The notes: generated by a model not told the origin, from the sequence alone. Counted from the first letter of the stretch, positions 36,794-47,300 are shown. The stretch: DNA of 64,000 bases from Thermoanaerobaculia bacterium (GCA_038245905.1 JBBRRY010000010.1:1-64000), one strand, 5' to 3'. Numbers and translations are program-made.

Positions 36794-38008
36794 TTGAGCA
36801 GGGACCACTCCGGGCCCGGGCTGGCTTGGCTCGAGGCCCTCGGCCCGCAGCGCATGCGGCCAGGACTCTCGCGGACCCTTTCCCTCCTAACCGCTCTAGG
36901 AAATCCCCAATCTTCTTTTTCCTCCATTCTCATTGGCGGGACGAACGGCAAGGGCTCCACGGCGGCCTATATCTCTTCAATCCTCACGGCCGCGGGCGTT
37001 CCGTGCGGGCTCTACACGTCCCCTCATCTCGTGTCCGTGACGGAACGCGTGCGCCTTCTCGACCGGGATGTTTCGCCCGCCGCGCTCGACGACGTCCTTG
37101 CCTTCGTGTCCCGCGTCGCGGCACCCGGCCTGCGCGGCCCGACCTACTTCGAGGCGCTCACGGTTGCCGCCTTCGAGCTGTTCCGCCGCGCGCGGGTCCG
37201 GGTCGCCGTCGTGGAGGTCGGGATCGGGGGCCGGCTCGACGCCACGAACGTCCTTACGCCCGACGTGTCGGTCGTGACGAACGTCGACGACGACCATCTC
37301 GACGTCCTCGGCCCGACGCGGGAAGACGTCGCGCGGGAGAAGGCGGGCATTTTCAGGAAGGGTCAGCCCGCACTCGTCGGAGCGTCGGGCACCGGGCCCG
37401 GCCCGCGCGCCGTCCTTCACCGGGAAGCGCGGCGGATCGGGGCGCGGCTCGTGGAGATTCCTCCGCTTGACATGGCGGCCCCGGGCGGGCCGCTGCCCGG
37501 CGCCCACCAGCTTCAGAATCTCGCTCTTGCGCTCGCGGCGGCGCGCGCGGTCGCACCCCTCGACGACGAGGCGGTGGCGCGCGGCCTCGCGGCCGTGAAG
37601 TGGCCGGGCCGGCTGCAGACTCTCGAACGGCCGGGGTTCCGAACGCTCCTTCTCGACGGCGCCCACAATCCGGCCGGGGCCCGCGCGCTCGCCGCGCATC
37701 TCGACGCGAGCGGCCTCTCGGGCCGCGTCGACCTCCTGTTCGGCGGCCTGGCGGACAAGGATCTGGCCGCGGTGTTCGCGCCCCTTGCCGCGCGTGCCCG
37801 CCGCATCGTGCTTGTGGCTCCAATGTCGGAACGGGCCGAGACGCCGGAGAAGCTGCGGGTCCGCGTCGGGCGGCCGGAGCTCGAGACGGCGCCCTCCGTC
37901 GCCGAAGGGCTCGTCAGGCTCGAAGGGGCGGCGGGGGCCGGGCCCATCCTCGTCGCCGGTTCGCTCTATCTCGTCGGCGAGGTGCTGCGGCTAAGATCTC
38001 CCGCGTGA
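36794..38008 (+). CDS. folC: Folylpolyglutamate/dihydrofolate synthase
   Basis: GGTNGKGS, YTSPHL, TYFE, EVGIGGRLDATN, WPGR, DGAHN, GSLYLVG. Confidence 0.95.
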   Translation: MSRDHSGPGLAWLEALGPQRMRPGLSRTLSLLTALGNPQSSFSSILIGGTNGKGSTAAYISSILTAAGVPCGLYTSPHLVSVTERVRLLDRDVSPAALDDVLAFVSRVAAPGLRGPTYFEALTVAAFELFRRARVRVAVVEVGIGGRLDATNVLTPDVSVVTNVDDDHLDVLGPTREDVAREKAGIFRKGQPALVGASGTGPGPRAVLHREARRIGARLVEIPPLDMAAPGGPLPGAHQLQNLALALAAARAVAPLDDEAVARGLAAVKWPGRLQTLERPGFRTLLLDGAHNPAGARALAAHLDASGLSGRVDLLFGGLADKDLAAVFAPLAARARRIVLVAPMSERAETPEKLRVRVGRPELETAPSVAEGLVRLEGAAGAGPILVAGSLYLVGEVLRLRSPA

Positions 38009-39369
38009 GCGTGCCTTCTCTCGTCGTGCCTCTCGTCCCCTCTCTCACGAAGAAAGACCTCGAGGCCCAGGAAGACGCGCGGCTCGCGGTCTATGCGTCG
38101 CGTGCGTCGCGTGCCGTCAGGCGGTATCCGGTCGCCGAGGAAGGGAAAACCTACGACTACCGGACGGAGTACCAGCGCGACCGCGACCGCATCGTCCACT
38201 CGCGCGCGTTCCGCCGGCTCAAGCACAAGACGCAGGTCTTCATCCCGTTCGAGGGCGACCATTACCGCACGCGCCTCACGCACACGCTCGAGGTCACGCA
38301 GATCGCGCGGACGATGGCGCGCGCTCTCGGGATCAACGAGGACCTCGCCGAGGCGTGCGCGCTCGGGCACGACCTCGGACACACGCCGTTCGGGCATTCG
38401 GGCGAGAAAGTGCTCAACCGCATCCTCACGGGCGGCGAGGCGTCGATCGCGATCGAGCCGCGGATCGCCGCGCAGGTCGGAGCCTTCAAACACAACTACC
38501 AGTCGGTTCGTGTCGTCGACGTTCTCGAGAAGCGTTACGAGCATCCCGGTCTCAACCTCACGAACGACACGCGCGAAGGCATCCTCAAGCACACGACCTG
38601 GCGGAGGGACTTCCCGTTTCCCGACATCGACGCGGAGGGGCTGAACCTCTCGTCCGGCGGCCACCTCGAGTGCCAGGCGGTGGGGTGGGCCGACGAGTTC
38701 GCCCAGCAGGCGCACGACCTCGAGGACGGCCTCAAGATCGTGGATTTCGACAAGGTTCTCGCGCTGCCGGTCGCGCGCGCGGTCGTCGAGGCGCTCGGGC
38801 CGGCCTACACCGCCACGAGAGACACGACGGTGAAGGAAGCCATGCTCATCCGCGGGATGATCCACCTCCTCGTCACGGACCTCATCACGGCCTCGCGCGC
38901 CTCGATCGGGAAGTGGCTCGACGCGAAGAAGATCACGACGCCCGACGAGTTCTACGCCCAGCGCCGCAAGCTGCCGGTCTCTCTCGTCGCGCCGTCGAAG
39001 GCAGGCGACCGCTTCTATCAGGAGCTGAAGGAATTCATCTATCAGCACGTCATCCACAGCCACCGCGTGGCGCAGCACGACGGGCGTGCGCAGCTCGTCG
39101 TCACGACGCTCTTCGCGGCTTGGTACAGGAACCCGCGGCTTCTCCCGGACTATGTCCTCCTCCGGTATCGCGATCTCGCCGGCGTCTCGTACCTGAGGGA
39201 TGTGCCGCTGAAGCGCCTCGACGCCGAGATCGCCTCGAACTACACGAGAAAGCCTCTCTTTCTCCGCTCGATCGCCGACCACCTCGCGGGCATGACCGAC
39301 AGCTACGCGCTCGCCGAGTACGACGGGATGGTGTCGGCATATCCGCGGCGCGCGCCCGGCGGGCCCTGA
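38005..39369 (+). CDS. dgt: dNTP triphosphohydrolase (HD domain)
   Basis: QRDRDRIVHSRAFRRLKHKTQVF, RTRLTHTLEV, HDLGHTPFGH, AGMTD. Confidence 0.93.
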   Translation: MSVPSLVVPLVPSLTKKDLEAQEDARLAVYASRASRAVRRYPVAEEGKTYDYRTEYQRDRDRIVHSRAFRRLKHKTQVFIPFEGDHYRTRLTHTLEVTQIARTMARALGINEDLAEACALGHDLGHTPFGHSGEKVLNRILTGGEASIAIEPRIAAQVGAFKHNYQSVRVVDVLEKRYEHPGLNLTNDTREGILKHTTWRRDFPFPDIDAEGLNLSSGGHLECQAVGWADEFAQQAHDLEDGLKIVDFDKVLALPVARAVVEALGPAYTATRDTTVKEAMLIRGMIHLLVTDLITASRASIGKWLDAKKITTPDEFYAQRRKLPVSLVAPSKAGDRFYQELKEFIYQHVIHSHRVAQHDGRAQLVVTTLFAAWYRNPRLLPDYVLLRYRDLAGVSYLRDVPLKRLDAEIASNYTRKPLFLRSIADHLAGMTDSYALAEYDGMVSAYPRRAPGGP

Positions 39370-39408
39370 GCCATCGGCGCGATACGATCCGCGCACCTGG
39401 AGGACCAG

Positions 39409-40689
39409 ATGCCCACCGCCGTCCGCCCCGCCGCGCTCCTGAACCGTTCCCTCGCCGAAGCCGATCCCGAGATCGCGCGGATCATCGCCGCCGAGACGGC
39501 ACGCCAGAACGAGGGCATCGAGCTCATCGCGTCCGAGAACTTCACGTCGCGGGCCGTCCTCGAGGCCACGGGCTCGACGCTCACGAACAAGTACGCGGAG
39601 GGGTATCCGGGGAAGCGCTATTACGGCGGCTGCGTCCACGTGGACGAGGCCGAGTCGCTCGCGATCGCGCGCGCGAAGGCCCTCTTCTCGCCGGGAAACC
39701 CCGACGCGATCCATGTGAACGTCCAGCCGCACGCGGGCTCCCAGGCGAACACCGCCGTCTACATCGCGTGCCTCAAGCCTGGCGACACGATTCTCGGGAT
39801 GTCCCTCGCTCATGGGGGCCACCTCACGCACGGCCACCCGCTCTCGATCTCGGGCAAGCTCTATCGCGTCGTCTCGTACGGCGTGTCGAAGGAGACCGAG
39901 CTCATCGACTGGGACGCACTCGAGGCGACCGCGAAGGCCGAGAAGCCGAAGCTCATCATCGCGGGAGCGTCCGCCTATTCGCGCACGCTCGACTTCCCCC
40001 GCTTCCGGGCGATCGCGGATTCCGTCGGCGCGCTCCTAATGGTCGACATGGCGCACATCGCGGGACTCGTCGCGGCCGGGGTCCATCCCTCTCCGGTGGG
40101 CCACGCGCACTTCGTCACGACGACGACGCACAAGACGCTCCGCGGTCCGCGCGCGGGACTCATCCTCTGCACGCCGGAGTGGGCGAAGGAGATCGACAAG
40201 GCCGTCTTTCCGGGAATCCAGGGCGGGCCGCTCGAACACGTCATCGCCGGGAAGGCGGTCGCCTTCAAGGAGGCCGCGACACCGGAGTTCGCGGCCTACC
40301 AGCGGCAGGTTGTCGCGAACGCGAAGGCGCTCGCGGCGAGCGTCGCGGCGGAGGGATTCCGCCTCGTGTCGGGCGGGACCGACAATCACCTCTTCCTCGT
40401 GGACGTGGGAAAGAAGAACCTCACCGGCAAGGTCGCCGAGAAGGCTCTCGATGCGGCCGGGATCACGGTGAACAAGAACGCGATCCCGTTCGACCCGAAC
40501 CCGCCGATGGTGACGTCGGGGCTTCGGATCGGCACCCCGGCCGTCACGACGCGCGGGATGACCGAAGCCGAGATGAAGACGATCGGCGGCCTCATCGCGG
40601 AGGTCCTCGCCGCGCCGGAGGACGAGGGCGTGAAGGCGCGCGTTCACGCGAAGGTCCGCGAGTTGACGTCCGCGTTCCCGCTGTACTGA
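39409..40689 (+). CDS. glyA: Serine hydroxymethyltransferase
   Basis: [48 protein letters not shown]. Confidence 0.98.
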   Translation: MPTAVRPAALLNRSLAEADPEIARIIAAETARQNEGIELIASENFTSRAVLEATGSTLTNKYAEGYPGKRYYGGCVHVDEAESLAIARAKALFSPGNPDAIHVNVQPHAGSQANTAVYIACLKPGDTILGMSLAHGGHLTHGHPLSISGKLYRVVSYGVSKETELIDWDALEATAKAEKPKLIIAGASAYSRTLDFPRFRAIADSVGALLMVDMAHIAGLVAAGVHPSPVGHAHFVTTTTHKTLRGPRAGLILCTPEWAKEIDKAVFPGIQGGPLEHVIAGKAVAFKEAATPEFAAYQRQVVANAKALAASVAAEGFRLVSGGTDNHLFLVDVGKKNLTGKVAEKALDAAGITVNKNAIPFDPNPPMVTSGLRIGTPAVTTRGMTEAEMKTIGGLIAEVLAAPEDEGVKARVHAKVRELTSAFPLY

Positions 40690-40695
40690 CGCCCG

Positions 40696-41091
40696 CTATC
40701 GGTTTGGCAGGACCTTGATTTCTTTCAGCCCGAGGAGCCGCTCGTCGGCGGTGACGAGGGTGAGGTCGTAGACACTCGCGGTCGCGGCGAGGAACCGGTC
40801 GGCGGGATCTTCCGTCGAGAGGGAGAGTCGGCGGCTCTCGAGGGCGACCTCGTGCGTGAGCGGAGCTTCGCGATAGCCCTGCGCTGCGATTGCCATTTCC
40901 AGAAACCGCGAGGGCTCCTGCTGAAAGTGCACTCGCCCCCTTTCGGCCAGCAGCAGCGCCTCCCAGACCGACACCGGTGAGATCCAGATCTCGTTCCTCA
41001 ACGAAGCGAGCTCGCGGGCGACACGGCGGCCCACTTTTTTCGGGAAGAGAAGCACCCAGATCCAGACATGCGTGTCGAGAAGGAGCTTCAC
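40696..41091 (-). CDS. vapC: PIN-domain (VapC) toxin
   Basis: LLLDTHVWIW, SPVSVWE, DPADRFL.ATA, LVTAD; GTGA coupling to the antitoxin gene. Confidence 0.92.
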   Translation of the reverse strand: MKLLLDTHVWIWVLLFPKKVGRRVARELASLRNEIWISPVSVWEALLLAERGRVHFQQEPSRFLEMAIAAQGYREAPLTHEVALESRRLSLSTEDPADRFLAATASVYDLTLVTADERLLGLKEIKVLPNR

Positions 41092-41339
41092 TTGCGAAGC
41101 ACTTCCCACGCCTCCGGAGGGAGAACGGGACCCACGATGTCGCCCAGGATCTCGGCCTGACCCGCATACGCACCGAGAACGCGCTTCTTCGGGTGAGCCG
41201 GCGCGGGCGGGACGACGCGCGCGACGGGCTTGCCGAAGCGCGTCACCGTCACGGGATGGCCCGTGCGTCGGACCTCCTCGAGGACGGCGAGACAGGTGGC
41301 TTTGAAGCGGGAGATCGCGAGGGTCGGTTCGGTGGACAT
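41088..41339 (-). CDS. Phd/YefM family antitoxin
   Basis: ISRFKATCLAVLEEV..TG.PV.VTRFGKPVARVVP. Confidence 0.9.
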   Translation of the reverse strand: MSTEPTLAISRFKATCLAVLEEVRRTGHPVTVTRFGKPVARVVPPAPAHPKKRVLGAYAGQAEILGDIVGPVLPPEAWEVLRK

Positions 41340-41345
41340 GACGAG

Positions 41346-41374
41346 ATCGTACCATGGTCAATGACCATGGTCTA
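41346..41374 (-). promoter_or_regulatory. Toxin-antitoxin promoter with operator palindrome
   Basis: TAGACC-N17-TACGAT ending 6 nt before the ATG. Perfect inverted repeat ACCATGGTCA-A-TGACCATGGT at 41351-41371. Confidence 0.8.
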
Positions 41375-41378
41375 ACCA

Positions 41379-42155
41379 TCAGGCGCGCGTCGTGAAGCGG
41401 ATCCGGAGGACGTCCCAGTAAGCCTGTGCGCCGCCGAAGAGCGTCACGCGCGAGTCTTTCGAATTGAACCAGAGGACGGGCACCTCCGCGATGGCATAGC
41501 CGAGCTGCCGCGCGAGAAGGAGCGCCTCGACGTCGTAGGCGAACCGGTCCACTTTTGCCCGCGAGAAGATCTTGTGCGCGGCTTCGCGTGAAAAGAGCTT
41601 GAAACCGCACTGTGTGTCGCGGATGCCGGGGACCACGACGACGCGCACGAGCCGGTTGAAGAGCTTGCCCATCGCCTTGCGGTAGAGCGGCTGCTCTTCC
41701 TTCACGAGCGACTCGTCGAGGGCGCGCGAGCCGATCGCGACGGGCACTACAGCCGCGGCGAGCTTCTCCCATTCGTAGATGGGGGTCGAAAGATCCGCGT
41801 CCGTGACGAGGATGGACCGTCCCTTCGCCTCGAGGCACCCCGTGCGCACCGCGAAGCCCTTGCCGCGGTTCTTCGGGAGGCGCAGGACGCGCAGGTCGAG
41901 GCTGTAACGGCGCCCCGCATCCTCCGCGCGTGTCGCGGTCGCGTCCCCGGAGCCGTCGTCGACGACGAGCACCTCGACGCGGGGCGCCGACGGGCGGGCG
42001 GCCAGGTAAGCCGAGATCGCGCCGAGAGAAGCGGGCAGCCGCTCCTCCTCGTTGAAGGCGGGGATGACGATCGAAAGCTCCAAGTCCCGTCCCGTCGCCG
42101 ATCGGGAGGGTGCGGGTTGCGTCCCGAAGGCCGGGACTTCGCGGGTCACCGTCAT
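41379..42155 (-). CDS. GT2 polyprenol-phosphate glycosyltransferase (DPM1/ALG5-like)
   Basis: SIVIPAFNE, VDDGSGD, NRGKG, DADL, DTQCGFKLF. Confidence 0.92.
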   Translation of the reverse strand: MTVTREVPAFGTQPAPSRSATGRDLELSIVIPAFNEEERLPASLGAISAYLAARPSAPRVEVLVVDDGSGDATATRAEDAGRRYSLDLRVLRLPKNRGKGFAVRTGCLEAKGRSILVTDADLSTPIYEWEKLAAAVVPVAIGSRALDESLVKEEQPLYRKAMGKLFNRLVRVVVVPGIRDTQCGFKLFSREAAHKIFSRAKVDRFAYDVEALLLARQLGYAIAEVPVLWFNSKDSRVTLFGGAQAYWDVLRIRFTTRA

Positions 42156-42850
42156 GCCGGCCGCGCCTCGTAGACGAACTGATAGCCGAAGAGCGTCGGC
42201 CAGAGCCGCGCGGCCGAGAGCGCGGCGGCGCGCGCGAGCCCCGCGAGGGGAGGACGCCTGAGGGCGGGCACGACAAGCTCGAGTGGCATCGCGGTCGCGT
42301 CGACCGACACGACGCGATAGCCGTTCTCCTCGAGGAGGGTCCGCCCGGTCTCCCGCGTGAAGAAGCGCAGGTGGGTGCGATCGAGGATACCGCGAGGCGT
42401 GTACGTGAAACGACCGAAGAGAAGGCCGATCCGAACAGTGACGTTCGCGACATTCGGGAGAGAGACGAGAAGCGCCCCATCGGCTTTCAGGAGCGGCCTC
42501 AGGGCCGAGAGAAATTTCTCCGGGCGAGGCAGGTGCTCGAGGACGTCGCCCGCGACGATGAGGTCGAACGGCTCGCGAAACGGCCGGGAAATCGCCTCGA
42601 CGAGGTCGCCGACCACCGGCTGGTCGAAGAAGCCCGCGCCCTCCGCGGCTGCCTCGGGATCGAGCTCGACGCCCGCGAGGTAACGGCAGGCCGGGCGGAT
42701 CCGCCTCGCAAACTCGCCGGCTCCGAAACCGAGATCGAGAACCGCGAGGCCGCTCCCGCGCGCGAAAACCTTTTCGAGGAGGAGGACGTGCGACGAACCT
42801 GGAATGTCCTTCCAGGGGTAGTGCGGTTCCGGGTCGGGGGCCTTCAGCAT
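42152..42850 (-). CDS. Class I SAM-dependent methyltransferase
   Basis: VLDLGFGAG, GDVLEHL, SLPNVAN, GILDRTHLRFFT. Confidence 0.9.
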   Translation of the reverse strand: MLKAPDPEPHYPWKDIPGSSHVLLLEKVFARGSGLAVLDLGFGAGEFARRIRPACRYLAGVELDPEAAAEGAGFFDQPVVGDLVEAISRPFREPFDLIVAGDVLEHLPRPEKFLSALRPLLKADGALLVSLPNVANVTVRIGLLFGRFTYTPRGILDRTHLRFFTRETGRTLLEENGYRVVSVDATAMPLELVVPALRRPPLAGLARAAALSAARLWPTLFGYQFVYEARPA

Positions 42851-44544
42851 CAGAGCGGCGTCCTCTGCGCGATGGGAATCCGGCGACCGCTCCCGAAGGC
42901 CTTCGCGGAGACCTTCAGGCCGGGCGCAGCCTGGTAGCGTTTGTACTCGGCCCGGTCCACCAGCAGCGCGATCTTCCGGACGAGCGCGAGCGGGGCGCCC
43001 GTCCGGCGTGCCACCAGCGCGAGGGAGAGATTCCGCTCCACGAGATTCTCGAGGATCGCGTCGAGAAGGGGATAGGGCGGAAGGGAATCCTGGTCGGTCT
43101 GACCCGGCCGGAGCTCGGCGGACGGCGCCTTCGTGAGCGAAGCCTCGGGGATGAGCGCCCGCCCGGCACGCGCGTTCAGGTGCCGCGCGAGCGCGTAGAC
43201 GCGCATCTTCGGAAGGTCCGAGATCGGGGCGAGGCCGCCGCACATGTCGCCGTACAGGGTGCAATAGCCCACCGCGAGCTCGCTCTTGTTCCCCGTCGTG
43301 AGCACGAGAGGCCCCTTCTTGTTCGAGACGGCCATGAGGAGCATCCCGCGGAGGCGCGACTGCACGTTCTCCTCCGTGACGTCCTCCGGAAGGCTGCCGA
43401 ATTGGGGCGCGAGCGTCCGGCGCGCGTCCTCGAAGAGCGGCCCGATCGGAAGGACATCGCACCGGATGCCGAGATTCGCGGCGAGTGCGAGCGCGTCGGC
43501 AATCGAACCCTCGGAGGAGTAGGGCGATGGCATCGCGAGGCCGCTCACGTTTCCGGCGCCCAGGGCCTCGACGGCGAGAGCCGCGACGAGAGCGGAGTCG
43601 ATTCCACCCGAGAGGCCGAGGACGGCCGTCCGGAAACTGCACTTGGCGGCATAGTCGCGTATGCCGAGCACGAGCGCTCGGCGGAGTGACTCGAGCGGAT
43701 CACCGCTGACGTCATCCGGGAGGTCGCGGGCCTCGGTTCCCGAGACGGGGACGACGCGCGCGGGCCGCTGGCCGTTACGGAAGACGTCCACGACCAGGAA
43801 GTCCTCTTCGAAGAGCGCGGCCCGGGCCGCGATGCGCCCGCGGCCGTCGAGCACCATCGATCCGCCGTCGAACACGAGCTCGTCGTTGCCGCCCACGAGG
43901 TTGAGTGATGCCACGGGGACCCGGCCGTCGCGCGCATAGCGGGCGAGCATCCGGCGCCTCAGACTCGGCTTTCCTTCCGAGAAGGGCGACGCGGAAATCG
44001 TGACAACGAGTGTCGCGCCGCGCCTGACGAGGGCCTCGCCCGGGTCGTCGCGATAGAGCCGGCGGGCGCGCCAGAAGTCCTTGTCGTTCCAGAGGTCTTC
44101 GCACACGGGCAGCCCGAGACGCTCTCCGCGAAACGGCACCACCGCGCAGCCGTCGCCCGGCTCGAACCACCGGCCCTCGTCGAAAACATCGTAGGTCGGC
44201 AGGAGCGTCTTCTTCGCGAGGGCCCGCACACGGCCGCCGTCGAGGAGCGCCGCGACGTTGTGGAACGGCTTGCCGACGCGGCTCCGGTTCTTCACGAACG
44301 TTCCGACGAGAAGAGCCGTCCGACGCGAGCGGCGCGCAAGGGACGCGAGAGCGCGCGCGCCCTCACGGACGAAAGACGGGCGCTCGAGAAGGTCTCCCGG
44401 AGGGTAGCCGCAGATCGCGAGCTCGGGGAAGACCGCCAGGTCCGCGCCGGCGTCCTCGGCCCGCGCGAGTCCATGGGTGATGCGCGCGGTGTTGCCGGCG
44501 AAGTCCCCGACGGTCGTGTCGATCTGGCAGAGCGCGAGGCGCAC
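42850..44544 (-). CDS. nadE: Glutamine-dependent NAD+ synthetase
   Basis: Nitrilase domain (FPEL, K..LPTYDVFDE, CEDLW) plus GLSGGIDS and TGNKSE. Confidence 0.96.
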   Translation of the reverse strand: MRLALCQIDTTVGDFAGNTARITHGLARAEDAGADLAVFPELAICGYPPGDLLERPSFVREGARALASLARRSRRTALLVGTFVKNRSRVGKPFHNVAALLDGGRVRALAKKTLLPTYDVFDEGRWFEPGDGCAVVPFRGERLGLPVCEDLWNDKDFWRARRLYRDDPGEALVRRGATLVVTISASPFSEGKPSLRRRMLARYARDGRVPVASLNLVGGNDELVFDGGSMVLDGRGRIAARAALFEEDFLVVDVFRNGQRPARVVPVSGTEARDLPDDVSGDPLESLRRALVLGIRDYAAKCSFRTAVLGLSGGIDSALVAALAVEALGAGNVSGLAMPSPYSSEGSIADALALAANLGIRCDVLPIGPLFEDARRTLAPQFGSLPEDVTEENVQSRLRGMLLMAVSNKKGPLVLTTGNKSELAVGYCTLYGDMCGGLAPISDLPKMRVYALARHLNARAGRALIPEASLTKAPSAELRPGQTDQDSLPPYPLLDAILENLVERNLSLALVARRTGAPLALVRKIALLVDRAEYKRYQAAPGLKVSAKAFGSGRRIPIAQRTPL

Positions 44545-44552
44545 GGCAGTTC

Positions 44553-45281
44553 CTAGAGGCCGGAGGGCTCGGGTGCGCCGGAGCTTTCGACAGGCTCGAT
44601 CGTCGTCCGGGACACGAGATCCGCGAGCGTCCGGCCGCGCCGATCGAAGGCGGCGACAAGAAGGGGCACGCCCGCGAGCGCTCCGGTCAGAAGGAAGCCG
44701 ACGAAGCGCAGGAATGCGGCCACCAGCGTTGGGGAGCCGCCGTCCTCGGCTCGTATCCTGAGATCGGCGAGAGCCATGCCGGGCGTCGTGCCCCAGACGA
44801 AAGGGGCGAGCACGAGGAGCACGAGCGCGGCCAGAAGGAGAAAGGCCGCGAGCGGGACGAAAGCGGGCGGTGGGAAGCGGAGGTCCAGGAGGAGCGCCCC
44901 GGCCGCGAGCTCCACGGCGCCCACGAGCGCGAGGATGAGCAGGTCGGCGAGGCCCGCCGCCACGCGCCGCGCGAACGCGACCGCCCGCGGCTCGTCGGTG
45001 TCTGCGTCAGGAGGCGGTTCGCGGAAAGAGGACGCTGCCGGACCCGCCCGTTCGCGCGGTGTCGCCTCGGGAAGGGACGCGGCGAGAGAAGCCGGGGAAG
45101 GCGGAGGGGGCAAGACCGCCGCGTCCGCGCGCGAAGGCGGTGCGGCTCTTTCCTGGAGACCGATCGGCGTCTCGGAGACCGCCGGAAACAGCTCGAGTGT
45201 CGCGCGCGCTCCCGAGCGCCGCCTGGACGCGTCGGGGGCGATGGGGTGTTCGGCGAGCGGGTCGCGAGGCGGCTCGGACAT
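44553..45281 (-). CDS. RDD family membrane protein
   Basis: RRVAAGLAD, GTTPGM....LRI, RTLADLVS; Pro-rich N-terminus. Confidence 0.8.
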   Translation of the reverse strand: MSEPPRDPLAEHPIAPDASRRRSGARATLELFPAVSETPIGLQERAAPPSRADAAVLPPPPSPASLAASLPEATPRERAGPAASSFREPPPDADTDEPRAVAFARRVAAGLADLLILALVGAVELAAGALLLDLRFPPPAFVPLAAFLLLAALVLLVLAPFVWGTTPGMALADLRIRAEDGGSPTLVAAFLRFVGFLLTGALAGVPLLVAAFDRRGRTLADLVSRTTIEPVESSGAPEPSGL

Positions 45282-45293
45282 GCGTGTCCGGGC

Positions 45294-47231
45294 TCAGGGC
45301 CTAAGCGTGAGGTGCTTGATGAGAATCCGTGAGAGGAGGTCGGTAGCGCCCTTCGGGTACTTGCGGGCGAAACGCAGGAGGCGCTGCGCCTCGGCGTCTC
45401 CCGGCCGGAGGTCGGTCGCCTCCTTGACGGCGGTCGTGGCCTTCGGAATGTTGCCCGCCTGGAAACTCTGCACGGCGAGGTTGTAGTACGCGTTCACGAG
45501 GTACTCCTCGACGTCCTGGTTTTTCGCGTCTCCCCGGCGGAGCTCCCAGAGGAGCTTGATCGCGCTGTCGTAGTCGTACTCGTTGTAGGATTTCGAGGCG
45601 CTGCGCAGAGCCTCGACCTGCTCGTGCGCCCGCTGCGCGGCGGCGGCCGCCTCGACGTCCTGGGGGCGCGCCTTCACGACGGGATCCAGGTTCTTTAGGG
45701 CGTCGATGTATCGGCTCCCTGCCATTGCGGTGAAGCCGGCCACCCGCATTTCGTCGAGGGCGGCGGCGCTCGGAGGAGCCGGTCCGGGGGTCGGCGCCGC
45801 CGAGGACTTCATCTTCTCGATCCTCACGAGCGCTTCGTTGTGCCGTGGGTCCGACTCGGGCAGCTTCGCGAGGACGCCGATCGCCTCGTCGATCTTGCCC
45901 GCATTGAAGAGCGCCTCGGCCTTCTGAAACGTGTCCTCGAGGGGCGCCGTGCTGCCGCCGGGCCCGCCCTTGGCGGGGGTGGCGGCAGCGTTCACGGGGC
46001 GGGCGGCTGGCTTTTTCTTCAGGAACAGGTACGTGCCGCCGGCGACCGCGGCGAGAGCGACGACCGCGCCGGCGATGAGGACGCGGAGGTCGACCCGGGT
46101 CTTTCGGCTCGTGGCTTGAGGCTGAACGCCCTCCCCGCCCGGCGCGAATCCTTCGGAGTCCGGCTGAAATCCGCGCTTGACGCCGGAATCGTCCGCGAAG
46201 GAGGGCGGGGCCGGGGCTTCGATCTCATTCTTCATGAAGTCGGAGTCGCCGGCGCTGGCTGGCAGGGGCTCGGAGGATCCCCCCGCGGTCGCCAGGGCTG
46301 CCTCGATCTGGTTGAGATAGCCGCGCGCGGTGGCGTCGTGTTCGGAGGCGGCAAGCACGTCGAGGAATTTGTTGCGTGCTCCCGCGAGGTCGCCGGCCTC
46401 GTACGACTGGACGCCTTCGGAAAGCAGGAGATCGATCTTCCGGGCGGACTCGGCCTGCGTCTCGCGCGCCGAGTCGATGCGGCGGCTCGCCTCTTCGTTG
46501 GAGAGGTCGATGAGAAAGACCCGGCTCCAGAGGTCGATAGCCTCCTGGGCATTGCCGCGCGCGAGAGCCTCGTCGCCCTGCTTGAGGAACTGTGTGATGC
46601 GGGGGTCGGTCTGCACGCCCGACGTGGGGCGGGTGGGGGCCGCGGGGCCCGGCACCGCGGGCGCGGCCGCGGCTGCCGCGGGAGCTCGAGGAGGAACCGA
46701 AGCCGGCGCCGCAACTGCGCCCAGCGCGCCGGGGCCGCCGGCGGGCAAGCTCATGCGCAGGTCGTCGAGACCGATCCCGAACGGGTCGCCCCCGGGCGCT
46801 GTGGGCGCGACGGCCCTGGGAGCGATCACGGACGGAGGAGCCTCGGGAAGTCCGGTACCGGACGACGCCTCGTCGCCGAAGACGAGATCGTCGAGGCCGG
46901 GCGCGGACACCGCGGCCGAAGGCGGGGGGGATGGGAACGCATCGGGTAAGTCATGCGCCGGCTCGGAGAGGGCCTCTCCCGCGCTTTCGACGCCGAGGTA
47001 GTCGGAGAACCGGTCGACGTCGACCCGTGTTCCCGGACCCACGCCGCGCAGTATTTCGAGGAGCGAGCGCGCGGGCGCGAAGCGCGCGTCCATCTTGAGC
47101 AGGAAGTCGCAGCCGAGCAAGGCCTCTTCGTTCTTGCCTGCCTGGGCGAGCGCCAGCGTGTGTCGGAACGTCTGGAGGACCTTTTCCCGTGCGTCGGGAG
47201 CGAGAGCGGGGCTTCCCGCGTAGGAATTCAT
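45294..47231 (-). CDS. Single-pass membrane TPR-like repeat protein
   Basis: Helical repeats (AIDLWSRVFLID..NEEA) on both sides of one TM (LIAGAVVALAAVAGGTYLFL). TAGCAT lies 8 nt upstream. Confidence 0.8.
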   Translation of the reverse strand: MNSYAGSPALAPDAREKVLQTFRHTLALAQAGKNEEALLGCDFLLKMDARFAPARSLLEILRGVGPGTRVDVDRFSDYLGVESAGEALSEPAHDLPDAFPSPPPSAAVSAPGLDDLVFGDEASSGTGLPEAPPSVIAPRAVAPTAPGGDPFGIGLDDLRMSLPAGGPGALGAVAAPASVPPRAPAAAAAAPAVPGPAAPTRPTSGVQTDPRITQFLKQGDEALARGNAQEAIDLWSRVFLIDLSNEEASRRIDSARETQAESARKIDLLLSEGVQSYEAGDLAGARNKFLDVLAASEHDATARGYLNQIEAALATAGGSSEPLPASAGDSDFMKNEIEAPAPPSFADDSGVKRGFQPDSEGFAPGGEGVQPQATSRKTRVDLRVLIAGAVVALAAVAGGTYLFLKKKPAARPVNAAATPAKGGPGGSTAPLEDTFQKAEALFNAGKIDEAIGVLAKLPESDPRHNEALVRIEKMKSSAAPTPGPAPPSAAALDEMRVAGFTAMAGSRYIDALKNLDPVVKARPQDVEAAAAAQRAHEQVEALRSASKSYNEYDYDSAIKLLWELRRGDAKNQDVEEYLVNAYYNLAVQSFQAGNIPKATTAVKEATDLRPGDAEAQRLLRFARKYPKGATDLLSRILIKHLTLRP

Positions 47232-47300
47232 TGTGCTGAATGCTAGCAAGAACGGCCCGCGTTGGCCCGCGGTCGGATACGATTCGTCCGGGGAGGGTCG

